A stretch of 56,182 bases of DNA from an uncultured Acidobacteriaceae bacterium (GTDB lineage: Bacteria; Acidobacteriota; Terriglobia; Terriglobales; Acidobacteriaceae): assembly GCA_964248025.1 (NCBI GenBank), contig CAXTWU010000001.1, positions 1 to 56,182 of the forward strand. Reading direction: 5' to 3'. This document shows, in pieces, positions 1 through 9,469 of the stretch. The position numbers and the translations under genes are program-made. The notes below the pieces were generated by a model. It made no database searches, was not told the origin of the DNA, and saw only the letters and a list, made by a program, of their open reading frames with translations. The first letter of the stretch is position 1; each line of letters starts with the position of its first letter.

Positions 1-54
1 TACTCCTGCCGCGTGCGCGACCTGATCCAGTTCATCGCGTCCAAAGGCTTGTGA
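1..54 (+). CDS. gap: glyceraldehyde-3-phosphate dehydrogenase, 3' end only (partial)
   Basis: Frame 1 reads YSCRVRDLIQFIASKGL*, matching the GAPDH C-terminus (GYS.R..DL); it lies directly upstream of pgk. Confidence 0.8.
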   Translation, partial: YSCRVRDLIQFIASKGL

Positions 55-128
55 CATCCCAGCATGGCCGCACGCCGGTCTTGTTTCCTTTTCAAGTTTC
101 CCAGCAGTGACGGAGTCCAAGGCCAGCT

Positions 129-1355
129 ATGCCCAAGCTTTCCATTCGCGATCTCGACCTGAAGAACAAGCACGTGCTGATGCGTGTGGACTTCAACGTC
201 CCTTTGACGGAAGACGGGTCCGAGATTACCGATGACACACGCATTCGCGAAACCCTGCCGACGATACGATACGCGCTTGAGGGAAAAGCGAAGCTTATCC
301 TTGCATCGCACCTGGGCCGGCCCAAAGGCAAGCCCACGCCCAAGTACAGCCTGCGCCCGGTGGTCGACCGCCTGCGTATGCTGCTGGACCATGCGATGGG
401 TCCAGGGGTGAATGTCGCGTTCGCCCCGGATTGTGTGGGCGAGATAGCTGAAGAGCTGGCTCGGCAGCTGGAGTCCGGGCAGGTGCTGCTGCTTGAAAAC
501 CTCCGCTTCCACCCGGAAGAAGAAGCCAATGATGCGGCGTTTGCGAAAAAGCTCGCCTCGTTGTGCGACGTCTACGTGAACGATGCATTCGGCACCGCTC
601 ACCGCGCGCATGCCTCGACCGAGGGCGTGACGCACCACGTGGCGCAGGCAGCAGCCGGGCTGCTGATGCAGAAAGAACTGAACTACCTGGGTCAGGCGCT
701 GGGTCTGGGAGGCGAGCCGCCGGCCAAGCCCTTTATTGCGATCCTGGGCGGTGCCAAGGTTTCCGACAAGATCGGCGTGATCGAAAACCTGCTGGGCAAG
801 GTGGACGCGCTGCTGATCGGCGGCGGCATGGCTTATACATTTCTCCAAGCCAGGGGCCAGGCGACCGGCAAGTCGCTTGTGGAGCTGGACAAGGTCGGGC
901 TGGCGGGCGAGTTGCTGCAGCGGGCGCAACAGCGGGGAGTCCGATTCCTTCTGCCGACCGACCACGTGCTGGCCGACCGGTTCGCACCGGATGCGGCGAC
1001 GCAGGTCTTCTCCGGAACCGGTAACTTTCCCGCGGAGTGGATGGCGCTCGATATCGGACCGGCCACCGTAAAAGCATTCTCACAGGAGATCGCAAGCGCC
1101 GGGACGGTGGTCTGGAACGGACCCATGGGCGTGTTTGAGCTGCCGCCGTTCGCGCACGGAACCACGGCGATCGCAAAGGCCGTTGCTGCCAACGAAGACG
1201 CCGTTACAGTGGTGGGCGGCGGCGACTCGGTGGCTGCGCTTCGGCAGGCCGGCGTGGCTGAAGGCATCGACCACATCTCGACTGGGGGCGGCGCTTCGCT
1301 CGAGTTCCTGGAAGGCAAACAGCTGCCCGGCGTGGAAGCACTGACCGAGGCTTAA
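129..1355 (+). CDS. pgk: phosphoglycerate kinase
   Basis: Motifs [42 protein letters not shown] and [11 protein letters not shown]. Confidence 0.98.
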   Translation: MPKLSIRDLDLKNKHVLMRVDFNVPLTEDGSEITDDTRIRETLPTIRYALEGKAKLILASHLGRPKGKPTPKYSLRPVVDRLRMLLDHAMGPGVNVAFAPDCVGEIAEELARQLESGQVLLLENLRFHPEEEANDAAFAKKLASLCDVYVNDAFGTAHRAHASTEGVTHHVAQAAAGLLMQKELNYLGQALGLGGEPPAKPFIAILGGAKVSDKIGVIENLLGKVDALLIGGGMAYTFLQARGQATGKSLVELDKVGLAGELLQRAQQRGVRFLLPTDHVLADRFAPDAATQVFSGTGNFPAEWMALDIGPATVKAFSQEIASAGTVVWNGPMGVFELPPFAHGTTAIAKAVAANEDAVTVVGGGDSVAALRQAGVAEGIDHISTGGGASLEFLEGKQLPGVEALTEA

Positions 1356-1411
1356 ACACCCGGCGCGCAGGCGCGGACGGGCGGAAGTGGGGAGACGGGG
1401 AAATCGTTAGC

Positions 1412-2179
1412 ACGCGCAAGCCGCTGATTGCAGCCAACTGGAAGATGCACATCACTCCAGCCGAGGCCTGCACCTACGCCGACCAGTTCCTGCCGCTGGT
1501 CGCGGGTCACACTCGCGATGAAATTGCGATCTGCCCGACGTTTTTGTGCCTGGAAGCCTTTGCGGCGCGTGTGAAGAACTCGGCCGTGCTGGTGGGCGCG
1601 CAGGACATGCACTCGGAAAAAGAGGGAGCTTACACGGGCGAGGTTTCCGCGCCGATGCTGCGCTCCATCGGCGTTTCGCACGTGATCCTTGGCCACTCCG
1701 AACGGCGCCACTACAATCACGAGACGGATTGGGATGTAAACCGTAAGCTCCATGCCGCGCTCAGCTTCGGCATGACCCCGATCGTTTGTATCGGCGAAGT
1801 GCAGGAAGAGCGCGAGGAGGGCCGCACCAACGATGTTCTTCTGCGGCAGCTGAAGATTGGCCTTGAAGGCGTGAAGGCCGATGTGGCGCAGCCGATCGTG
1901 ATCGCCTATGAGCCGATTTGGGCCATCGGCTCCGGGCAATCAGCTTCCCCCCAGATTGCAAACGAAACGCACGGATTTATTCGTGACGCGGTGCGCCAAA
2001 AGCTGGGCCCCGCCATTGCCGACGGACTGCGCATACTGTACGGCGGGAGCGTCAAGCCGGAAAATACAGCGCAATTGATGCGCGAGCCGGAGATCGACGG
2101 CGCGCTGGTGGGCGGCGGCAGCCTGGCTCCGGAATCGTTTGCAAAGATCGTGAATTACCAGGGCGGGCCGGCTACTTGA
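1412..2179 (+). CDS. tpiA: triosephosphate isomerase; true start is upstream of the ATG at 1445 (near-cognate ACG 1412 or ATC 1403)
   Basis: RKPLIAANWKM is in frame from 1415; also AYTGEVS, GHSERR, AYEPIWAIG, LYGGSV and GALVGG; gap-pgk-tpi order. Confidence 0.93.
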   Translation, partial: TRKPLIAANWKMHITPAEACTYADQFLPLVAGHTRDEIAICPTFLCLEAFAARVKNSAVLVGAQDMHSEKEGAYTGEVSAPMLRSIGVSHVILGHSERRHYNHETDWDVNRKLHAALSFGMTPIVCIGEVQEEREEGRTNDVLLRQLKIGLEGVKADVAQPIVIAYEPIWAIGSGQSASPQIANETHGFIRDAVRQKLGPAIADGLRILYGGSVKPENTAQLMREPEIDGALVGGGSLAPESFAKIVNYQGGPAT

Positions 2180-3200
2180 CCCACACCTCCGGTGCGCCCC
2201 CTTGCACCTGCCGGGCGTGAAAGATGCCGAGCGTGTTGTTGCTCCACACCGGCGGACCGCTTGCCCCCAGCACAATCACGCCACCCTCACCGCCTTTCAG
2301 CGCGGGCAGCTCTGTGTGGATCATCTGGTCGGCGGCCGCCTGCGGGCTGCTGCCCCCCTGAACCAGTGTGCACACCTGCCGTGCCAGCGTGAGCCGGATA
2401 AAGTATTCGCCCACGCCGGTCCCTGACACGGCGCACGTGCGATCGGACGCATAGGTGCCTGCGCCGATCAGGGGCGAGTCACCGACACGCCCCGGCAGCT
2501 TGCCCTGCATGCCGCCGGTCGAGGTTGCCGCGGCCAGGTGGCCGTTACCATCGCGAGCCACAGCGCCCACGGTGCCGTAATGGTGCGCGCTGGGCCGGGA
2601 AAGCGCGGCCGACTCCCCATGTGGGGGCCTTGGCGGCACCCCTGCGGGACGCGCCGGGACGGGACGGCCGCTTGCCCGCATGACTGCTGAAAACTCTTCC
2701 CAGCGCATCTCGGTGAAAAAGAACGACGGCGGCTCCTGCTCCAGGTGCTGCGAGCGGGAAAACGAATCCGCGCCTGGGCCCACCATCAACACATAGGGCG
2801 TGTGCTCCATGACGGCGCGAGCCAGTGCTACCGGGTGCCGCGTGAAGTGCACGCCGGCAACCCCACCGGCAGCAAGCGTTTCGCCATCCATCAGGGAAGC
2901 GTCCATCTCGTTGGTGCCGTCGGCGGCAAACGCCGAACCGCGTCCCGCGTTGAACAATGGGTCGTCTTCCAGCACCTCCACGGCTGCTTGCACCGCGTCG
3001 AGAGCCCTGCCATGCGCGGCCAGCACGGCCTGCCCGGCAGCAAGAGCCCTCCCGAGAGAAGCGTGGTAGGCCGTGGCGGTCGCGGGGTCCATGTGCAGCC
3101 ACTCGGCTTCGCCCGCACCACCGTGGATGGCGATGGCCCACGGCTGCGCGCCAGCCGTGGCCGCGAACAAAAACAAGGCAGGGAAGAGAAAAGTGCGCAT
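2172..3200 (-). CDS. iaaA: isoaspartyl peptidase/L-asparaginase (Ntn hydrolase) with N-terminal signal peptide
   Basis: IAIHGGAG, LEDDPLFNAGRG, G-TVGAVA nucleophile site, ATSTGG, GRVGDSP and GTGVGE; hydrophobic leader ending ATAGA-Q. Confidence 0.9.
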   Translation of the reverse strand: MRTFLFPALFLFAATAGAQPWAIAIHGGAGEAEWLHMDPATATAYHASLGRALAAGQAVLAAHGRALDAVQAAVEVLEDDPLFNAGRGSAFAADGTNEMDASLMDGETLAAGGVAGVHFTRHPVALARAVMEHTPYVLMVGPGADSFSRSQHLEQEPPSFFFTEMRWEEFSAVMRASGRPVPARPAGVPPRPPHGESAALSRPSAHHYGTVGAVARDGNGHLAAATSTGGMQGKLPGRVGDSPLIGAGTYASDRTCAVSGTGVGEYFIRLTLARQVCTLVQGGSSPQAAADQMIHTELPALKGGEGGVIVLGASGPPVWSNNTLGIFHARQVQGGAPEVWVK

Positions 3201-3228
3201 GAGGGGTATCGTAATGCCTTGTACGCGA

Positions 3229-3891
3229 TCAGCGGCTCGGCACAGGGGTCTCGGGCTGGAGGAGGTGGCCCATCTTTTCGCGCTTCACATTCAGGTAGCG
3301 CTCAAAGCTGTCCTCCACCGGTACCACGGCCGGCACACGCTCCACCACCTGGATGCCCGCACGCTCAAGCGCCGCGACCTTTTCAGGGTTGTTGGTCAGC
3401 AGGCGCACTGCCGGCACCTTGAGCTGGTGCAGCATGGCAGCCTGCAACTCGAACTCGCGGCAGTCGGGCTTGAAGCCGAGTTCGACATTGGCTTCCACCG
3501 TGTCGCGGCCCTGTTCCTGGAGCTCGTAGGCTTTCAGCTTTGCCATCAGGCCGATGCCGCGGCCTTCCTGCTGGTCGTACAAAATGATGCCGGAGCCGAG
3601 CTCTGCGATGGAGCGCAGGGCGAGCTCCAGTTGAAGGCGGCAGTCGCACCGCAAGGAGTGAAACACATCGCCTGTGAGGCATTGCGAGTGAATGCGGACC
3701 AGGGGCGGCGCAGCATGGATATCGCCCATGACCAGCGCGATTGCTTCTTCGTATTCGAACAGCGGCCTCGGCTGCTTGCGATCGCAGGGTGTATGCCCGG
3801 TCAGTTCGCCGGTAAAACCAAGAATGCGGAAATTTCCCCAGCGCGTGGGCAGGGCAGTGTCGGCAACCTTGCTGACGCGGGCAAGCGGCAT
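3229..3891 (-). CDS. ribA: GTP cyclohydrolase II (stand-alone)
   Basis: LPTRWG, RIHSQCLTGD, SLRCDC, QEGRGIGL and LLTNNPEK; start placed at ATG 3891 just after a TATAAT box. Confidence 0.95.
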   Translation of the reverse strand: MPLARVSKVADTALPTRWGNFRILGFTGELTGHTPCDRKQPRPLFEYEEAIALVMGDIHAAPPLVRIHSQCLTGDVFHSLRCDCRLQLELALRSIAELGSGIILYDQQEGRGIGLMAKLKAYELQEQGRDTVEANVELGFKPDCREFELQAAMLHQLKVPAVRLLTNNPEKVAALERAGIQVVERVPAVVPVEDSFERYLNVKREKMGHLLQPETPVPSR

Positions 3892-3897
3892 GCGCCC

Positions 3898-3943
3898 ATT
3901 ATACGAGCGCGTCGTCCGGCCCGGGCCGGGGCAGGCGTAGAGT
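3898..3943. promoter_or_regulatory. divergent -10 boxes for ribA (TATAAT, minus strand 3903-3898) and the LytS-type kinase (TAGAGT, 3938-3943)
   Basis: Each hexamer is 6 nt from its start codon; a 14-bp palindrome CCGGCCCGGGCCGG (3916-3929) lies between them. Confidence 0.55.
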
Positions 3944-3949
3944 AGGCTT

Positions 3950-5284
3950 GTGCCGGACCCGAAGCTCGTTGCCATGGACCCGAAGCTGATCCTGATCACG
4001 CTGCTGATCCGGCTCGGTGTTGCGGCCGCCGTATCCAGCGCGCTGGGCCGTTCGCGTGCTTTCCAACGGCTGTTATTCGCGGAAGACCGATCGTTCACAC
4101 AGCAGCTTCGGCTTATTCTTTTTATCTGTGTGCCGCTCGCGCTTGGCGTGTGGATTCGCACCATCGTGCCGAACTTTTATGCCGCCGATATTTCGTTTGA
4201 AACCACCATCCTGGTGGGCGTGCTGCTTGGGCCCTTCTCGGCGGCCCTGGGAGCGGTGCTGCTGTCGGCGCCGGCGGCGCTGCACCATGAGTACCTGACC
4301 CTGCCGTTTTACCTGCTGGTCGCGCTGCTCACGGGCACGGTGGTGCGCCTGGTTGAGCCGGAAGAGGTTTGGTCATTTTCGCCGTTTGTGGACCTGAGTA
4401 TTTATCGCTGGGCCCGGCGCAACCTGCGCAAGCCGCGCTTCGACCGGCAGATTCTCCTGTTGCTGCTGATCCTGTCGCTTGAGGTCGCGAGGGAGTGGCT
4501 GGCCCACGAGGCGCCGCGTGGGCTGTTTGCTCTCCATACCTCCTCGCTGTGGCTGCGATTATGTTTATGGATCTCTGCCGCCATGGTCGTCGGCATACCG
4601 CTCAAGATCTGGAATGCGACGCGGATCGAGCTGAAGCTGGAAGAGCAGAAGCGGCTCCTGCTCGAGGCCCGTCTTGATGCGCTGCAACGGCAGATCAATC
4701 CGCACTTCTTGTTCAACACGCTCAACTCCATCGCGACGCTGATTCGCGTGCGGCCCGAGCAGGCCCGCGAACTGATCGTGAAGCTTGCAAGCATCCTGCG
4801 CGCGCTGCTGCGCGATCACGAGTCCTATGTGCCCTTCCGCGACGAGCTTTCCTTTACAGACGATTACCTGGGCATCGAGGTGGTACGATTCGGCACGGAA
4901 AAGCTGCGCGTCGTCAAGGAGATCGATCCTCGAACGCTGGAGTTGCCGGTGCCCAGCATGCTGCTGCAGCCGCTGGTTGAAAACAGCATCAAGCATGGGC
5001 TTGAGCCTCGGCTCGCCGGCGGCACCATCACGCTTCGCTCACGCGTAGAGGGCAGCACGCTGATCATCGAGGTGGAGGATGACGGCGTCGGCATTGCCCC
5101 CGAACGGGCGCTGCCCACCGGGGTGCAGCGGCGGCAAGGCGGCAACGGCATCGGCATGCGCAATGTGCGGGAACGCCTGGAGATGCTGTACGGCAGTGCG
5201 GCAGGGTTCGAGATTACAAGCCGCCCCGGGCGCGGCACGCTGGTGACCGTGCACATGCCGGGCAGCCTTTTGCATATTTCATAA
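3950..5284 (+). CDS. LytS/YehU-family sensor histidine kinase
   Basis: Multi-TM N-terminus, H-box QINPHFLFNTLNSI, LQPLVENSIKHG, EDDGVG and GIGMRNV. Confidence 0.9.
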   Translation: MPDPKLVAMDPKLILITLLIRLGVAAAVSSALGRSRAFQRLLFAEDRSFTQQLRLILFICVPLALGVWIRTIVPNFYAADISFETTILVGVLLGPFSAALGAVLLSAPAALHHEYLTLPFYLLVALLTGTVVRLVEPEEVWSFSPFVDLSIYRWARRNLRKPRFDRQILLLLLILSLEVAREWLAHEAPRGLFALHTSSLWLRLCLWISAAMVVGIPLKIWNATRIELKLEEQKRLLLEARLDALQRQINPHFLFNTLNSIATLIRVRPEQARELIVKLASILRALLRDHESYVPFRDELSFTDDYLGIEVVRFGTEKLRVVKEIDPRTLELPVPSMLLQPLVENSIKHGLEPRLAGGTITLRSRVEGSTLIIEVEDDGVGIAPERALPTGVQRRQGGNGIGMRNVRERLEMLYGSAAGFEITSRPGRGTLVTVHMPGSLLHIS

Positions 5285-6424
5285 TCAGGCGCCGGCGACG
5301 ACCTCGCGGTAAAACGCTTCGTAGCGCGGAATGATGCGGGTGGTGCAGAAGCGCTGCTGCGCATCGCGCCGGGCCTCAGCCGCCATCGCCTGCAGGGCCT
5401 CGCCGTCGGTCAACAGCGCAAGTGCCGCGGCAGCCATCCCTTCCACGTCGCCCACCGGCAGCAGGCGCCCGTTGACGCCGTCCTCGATCAGCTCCGGCAC
5501 GCCGCCCTGCCGCGTGGAGATGGTCGGCACACGGCAGGCCGCGGCCTCCAGCGCCGCCAGTCCAAAAGCCTCAAGCGTGCTCGGCATCAGCATGAGGTCG
5601 GCCAGCGGCAGCAGCCGGTGAACCTCGTCCTGCTTGCCCAGGAAGTGCACGCGGCCTTGTAGCCCCAGCGTGTGGACCCGGTACTCAGCATTGGAGCGCT
5701 CCGGGCCATCACCGACCAGTAGCAGGTGAGCCGGCAGCCGGGCGGCGATCCGAGCGAAGATCTCGATCACATCGTCGACGCGCTTGACCGGGCGAAAGTT
5801 GGAAAGGTGCATCAGGATTCGCTCGCCCGGTGGAGCGAAACGCGCGCGGCCCGCGGCTCTCTCGTCCTCCGGCAAGGGAGTGTACAAGTCGCAGTTGACG
5901 AAGTTGGGCACCACCTCGATGGGCCGGGTCACCTGGAACTCCTGGACTGTTTTGTCGCGCAGATACGACGAAATCGCGGTGACACCGTCCGAGTTCTCGA
6001 TCGCGAAGCGCGTCACCGGCAGGTATGACCGGTCCTGGCCGACCAGTGTGATGTCGGTGCCGTGCAGGGTGGTGACAAAGGGCAGCCTCCTGCCGCGCGA
6101 AGCAAGCATCTGCCGCGCCAGCAGTGCGCTCACGGAGTGGGGAATCGCGTAGTGCACGTGCAGCAGATCCAGGTTATAGTACTCGCCCACTTCGCTCATG
6201 CGGGTGGCCAGCGCCAGGTCATAGGGCGGGTACTCAAACAGCGGGTAGGTGGGCACCGCGACCTCGTGGTAGAAGATGCCGCGCTCACGCCCGGAAAGCC
6301 GAAAAGGCTGCTGGTAGGTGATGAAGTGGACCTCGTGTCCGCGCTCGCCCAACTCGATGCCGAGCTCGGTTGCCACAACGCCCGAGCCGCCGTAGGTGGG
6401 GTAGCAAGTGATGCCGATTTTCAT
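5285..6424 (-). CDS. bshA: N-acetyl-alpha-D-glucosaminyl L-malate synthase (bacillithiol pathway, GT4)
   Basis: [50 protein letters not shown] and [10 protein letters not shown]. Confidence 0.92.
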   Translation of the reverse strand: MKIGITCYPTYGGSGVVATELGIELGERGHEVHFITYQQPFRLSGRERGIFYHEVAVPTYPLFEYPPYDLALATRMSEVGEYYNLDLLHVHYAIPHSVSALLARQMLASRGRRLPFVTTLHGTDITLVGQDRSYLPVTRFAIENSDGVTAISSYLRDKTVQEFQVTRPIEVVPNFVNCDLYTPLPEDERAAGRARFAPPGERILMHLSNFRPVKRVDDVIEIFARIAARLPAHLLLVGDGPERSNAEYRVHTLGLQGRVHFLGKQDEVHRLLPLADLMLMPSTLEAFGLAALEAAACRVPTISTRQGGVPELIEDGVNGRLLPVGDVEGMAAAALALLTDGEALQAMAAEARRDAQQRFCTTRIIPRYEAFYREVVAGA

Positions 6425-6534
6425 CCGGTGTCTCCAGGCGGCGGGCCGCCCTGCGGCTTGGACGCGCGTTTTGTCCGGCAAGTCCGTTCATGTTTTCGGG
6501 GTGGGAGGAAGCTCGACGTGTGAGCCGACTGATG

Positions 6535-7440
6535 TTACAGATCGGCGAACGAAACTAAACGATGCGGGCCGTCTGACCCGGTCCAGCGCGGAATCACTTG
6601 AAGAAGAGCCTCGTACTCCCGCTGCCGCTCCGCCCGCAGCCGGGTGCGCCGGCTTTCAAGCGTTGCATCGTGAAAACCCGGGTGACAAACCAGCTCGTAA
6701 CAGCCATCCGGCTCCCCGTGCTGCTCCAGCGCACGCAGCAGGCGGTCAAGCAGGGCGGCATCGAGGACGCCCGTTGCCAGGACGCCCAGGGCGCCGCGGG
6801 TGGTCTGCAGGCCGGCCCGGTCGACCTCGCGATGAAACTGGTGGCGGCAAATGGAAAGCGCTGTGAAATGCGCCCGTCGAAGAAGGGGAACGCCGGAGGC
6901 GGCCCGGCGGCTCCAAGGGGGCTCAAATGGATTGCGAATCGCCCGAATGCCGCACCGGAGCGCGGCGCGCAGCAAAGGCCGCAGAACCCGGGGCAGCATG
7001 TGCGTGTGCTTGTGAGTGTCCAAGTGCGACAGCTGCCGACCTTGCCCCTGCAAGGACCGGATCTGGGCCACGGCCTCGTTTTCGATCTCGCGCTCGCGGA
7101 TGCGGCCTGCCAGAAGATCGACCGCGAAGCGTCCGAGCGAGGGTCGAAAAGCTCCATCGCGGGTCAGGGTCGGTTGGTCTACGGCGAGGAGTCCAGGGTC
7201 GGCTGCGGGCTTTGTTCCCGCCCCCGTTGGCTGCCCGGAGGACGAAACACCGTCGACCAGCACCACGTGGCAGCCCAGATCCAGCGTCGGCGGCAGCGCC
7301 GCGGCTGTTTCCGAGATCGAGTCGCCGGCGGCCATCGCCGTGGCAGAGCCGAGTGCCCGGGCCTGATGTAGCGCCAGAACTGCGCGGTCCACCCCGCTCG
7401 TGTATCCCAAGTCGTCGGCGTTTACGATCAGGCGAGCCAT
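6535..7440 (-). CDS. YdjC/ChbG/HpnK-family carbohydrate deacetylase
   Basis: LIVNADDLG, LGCH, HLDTHKHTH and ELVCHPG. Confidence 0.88.
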   Translation of the reverse strand: MARLIVNADDLGYTSGVDRAVLALHQARALGSATAMAAGDSISETAAALPPTLDLGCHVVLVDGVSSSGQPTGAGTKPAADPGLLAVDQPTLTRDGAFRPSLGRFAVDLLAGRIREREIENEAVAQIRSLQGQGRQLSHLDTHKHTHMLPRVLRPLLRAALRCGIRAIRNPFEPPWSRRAASGVPLLRRAHFTALSICRHQFHREVDRAGLQTTRGALGVLATGVLDAALLDRLLRALEQHGEPDGCYELVCHPGFHDATLESRRTRLRAERQREYEALLQVIPRWTGSDGPHRLVSFADL

Positions 7441-7533
7441 CTATGGAAATCCCTGGGCTTGAGTCTATCAATGGTGCTCGGGAATGGGTGTCCAGTTGCC
7501 GCCATCGACAGGGCCTTCCGGCGGATGGCCGGC

Positions 7534-7542
7534 TGCTATGAT
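7534..7542 (+). promoter_or_regulatory. extended -10 element (TGnTATGAT) upstream of tRNA-Val
   Basis: TGCTATGAT about 30 nt before the tRNA 5' end. Confidence 0.45.
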
Positions 7543-7573
7543 ACCTAAGTGCCGTCTGCGTGCTACAAGGATG

Positions 7574-7650
<77 letters not shown>

Positions 7651-7771
7651 AACGTTTCCACCGGTCATGCTGAGCACAAAGGGAGCTTCCCAGCCTTGCA
7701 GCTCAATGCTCGGGAGACACCAGCGCGTAAAAGGTGTCTTATAGGAGAACATCGAACACGCACGAGGACTC

Positions 7772-9469
7772 ATGCGACAAACGCTTGTCCTGAACTTCAT
7801 TGTTCTTGGATTTTTTGTGTTTCTGTTTTCATCCATCCAACGGCGCCGGCCCTCGACCCGTTTGCGCTTGTGGATTGCCGCCTGGATCTGTGCCGTGGTT
7901 CACTTCGGTATCGGCCTGTGGCGAACAGACATACCCTTGTTTGCCGGCCTTGTTGTGACCCTCGGCAACGGCGGACTCCTGCTATGCGGCTTGTGCTTTC
8001 TGGTGTCTTTCTCCGGCATTCCTGCCGAGGAGAGCCGGTATCACCGGCGAGTTCCATGGATCTTCGCTGTGATCTCGCTGCCCCTGCTGCTGCTGAGCGG
8101 TGCCGTCGCCTTTCAGGTACAACGCACCTCCCTTTTTTTTGCGCTGGACCTGGTTCTTCAGGCTCTTGGCCTGGTTTTCCTGTGGAGCTTTCGCAGGGAA
8201 AGAAAAACAATCATGGTTCCAGGCACCGTGCTGATTCTGGCTTGCTGCCAATGGAGCTCGTTTGAGTTGGTCAGCCGGCAAGAGCAAGGCCTGCTGCTTA
8301 TTGTGCTCATGGAGATGTTCGCCCTGAATGCGCTGCTGTACGCGCACCAGTTTCCCCGCCGTTCGGCCGGTGTACTTACCACCATCGCTGGGCTGCTGGG
8401 CTGGGCTGCAGTCTTTCCGCTCCAAATGCTTGCGCCCCGCTGGTGGCCTGCCCTTACGGTACAGCCGGAGATCTGGAATGTACCAAAGGTGGTTGTTGCC
8501 TTTGGCATGCTGGTGACCCTTTTTGAAAACGAGCTCAACCTGACGGAGCGGGACCGGGAACAGTACCGCAGCCTTTTTGACAGCAATCCCCTGCCGATGT
8601 GGATCTTTGACAAGGATTCGACCCAGCTGCTTGAAGCAAATGCCATGGCCGTACACCAGTTTGGGTGGGACCGGGAAGACCTGCCGCAACTCACTATCAA
8701 TGACCTTCTCTCCGAAAGCGAAACCTCGCCCGTAAGCCTGGTAGAGCTGAACTGGCGGCTGGCCGCTGACTCGTCCGGGCAGCCTGCCCGGGACGCGACC
8801 GAAGGGACGACCGGGGCCGGCAGTATGCGCTTTCAAACCAAGTCCCGGCAGGAAGTGGTGGTCGAGGTGACCCTGCAAAGGGTGGATTTCGCGGGCAGGG
8901 AGGCCCGGTTGCTGGTCGCCGAGGACGTAACCGAGCAGGCGGCAGTCCACGAGCAACTAATTCATCTTGCCAATCACGATCCCCTCACGGGCCTGCCAAA
9001 CCGCCTGTTGCTGCAGGACCGGATGCGCAGTGCTCTCGCAAATGCCACGCGGCACGGCAGCCGCGCCGCGATCCTGTGTGTCGACTTGGACCGGTTCAAG
9101 CAGATCAATGATACCTTTGGCCACGCTGCGGGTGACAGCTGCCTGCGCGAGATCGCCAATCGTTTTCGGCAGCGCCTGCGCTCGGTCGACACGGCAGCCC
9201 GGACCGGTGGAGAGGAATTTATGGTCGTCCTCGACGAGATCGGTTCGCTCCGGGATGCGGAACGGGTCGCCGGCGACCTCCTGTTCTCCCTGAGCGCGCC
9301 TCACCTGGTGGACGGAGCCAAGATTCAACTCAGCGCCAGCATCGGCATTGCCGTGTTTCCAGACGACGGGGACGATGCAGCGCAGCTTTGGAGCATGGCG
9401 GACACCGCGATGTATCGCGCCAAACATAGCGGCGGCAACCGGCACATGGTCTATTCCCACGTCTTGTAG
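7772..9469 (+). CDS. membrane-anchored PAS-GGDEF diguanylate cyclase
   Basis: Multi-TM N-terminus, PAS (YRSLFDSNPLPMWIFD), HDPLTGLPNR, DLDRFKQINDTFGH, active site GGEEF preceded by I-site RSVD. Confidence 0.92.
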   Translation: MRQTLVLNFIVLGFFVFLFSSIQRRRPSTRLRLWIAAWICAVVHFGIGLWRTDIPLFAGLVVTLGNGGLLLCGLCFLVSFSGIPAEESRYHRRVPWIFAVISLPLLLLSGAVAFQVQRTSLFFALDLVLQALGLVFLWSFRRERKTIMVPGTVLILACCQWSSFELVSRQEQGLLLIVLMEMFALNALLYAHQFPRRSAGVLTTIAGLLGWAAVFPLQMLAPRWWPALTVQPEIWNVPKVVVAFGMLVTLFENELNLTERDREQYRSLFDSNPLPMWIFDKDSTQLLEANAMAVHQFGWDREDLPQLTINDLLSESETSPVSLVELNWRLAADSSGQPARDATEGTTGAGSMRFQTKSRQEVVVEVTLQRVDFAGREARLLVAEDVTEQAAVHEQLIHLANHDPLTGLPNRLLLQDRMRSALANATRHGSRAAILCVDLDRFKQINDTFGHAAGDSCLREIANRFRQRLRSVDTAARTGGEEFMVVLDEIGSLRDAERVAGDLLFSLSAPHLVDGAKIQLSASIGIAVFPDDGDDAAQLWSMADTAMYRAKHSGGNRHMVYSHVL

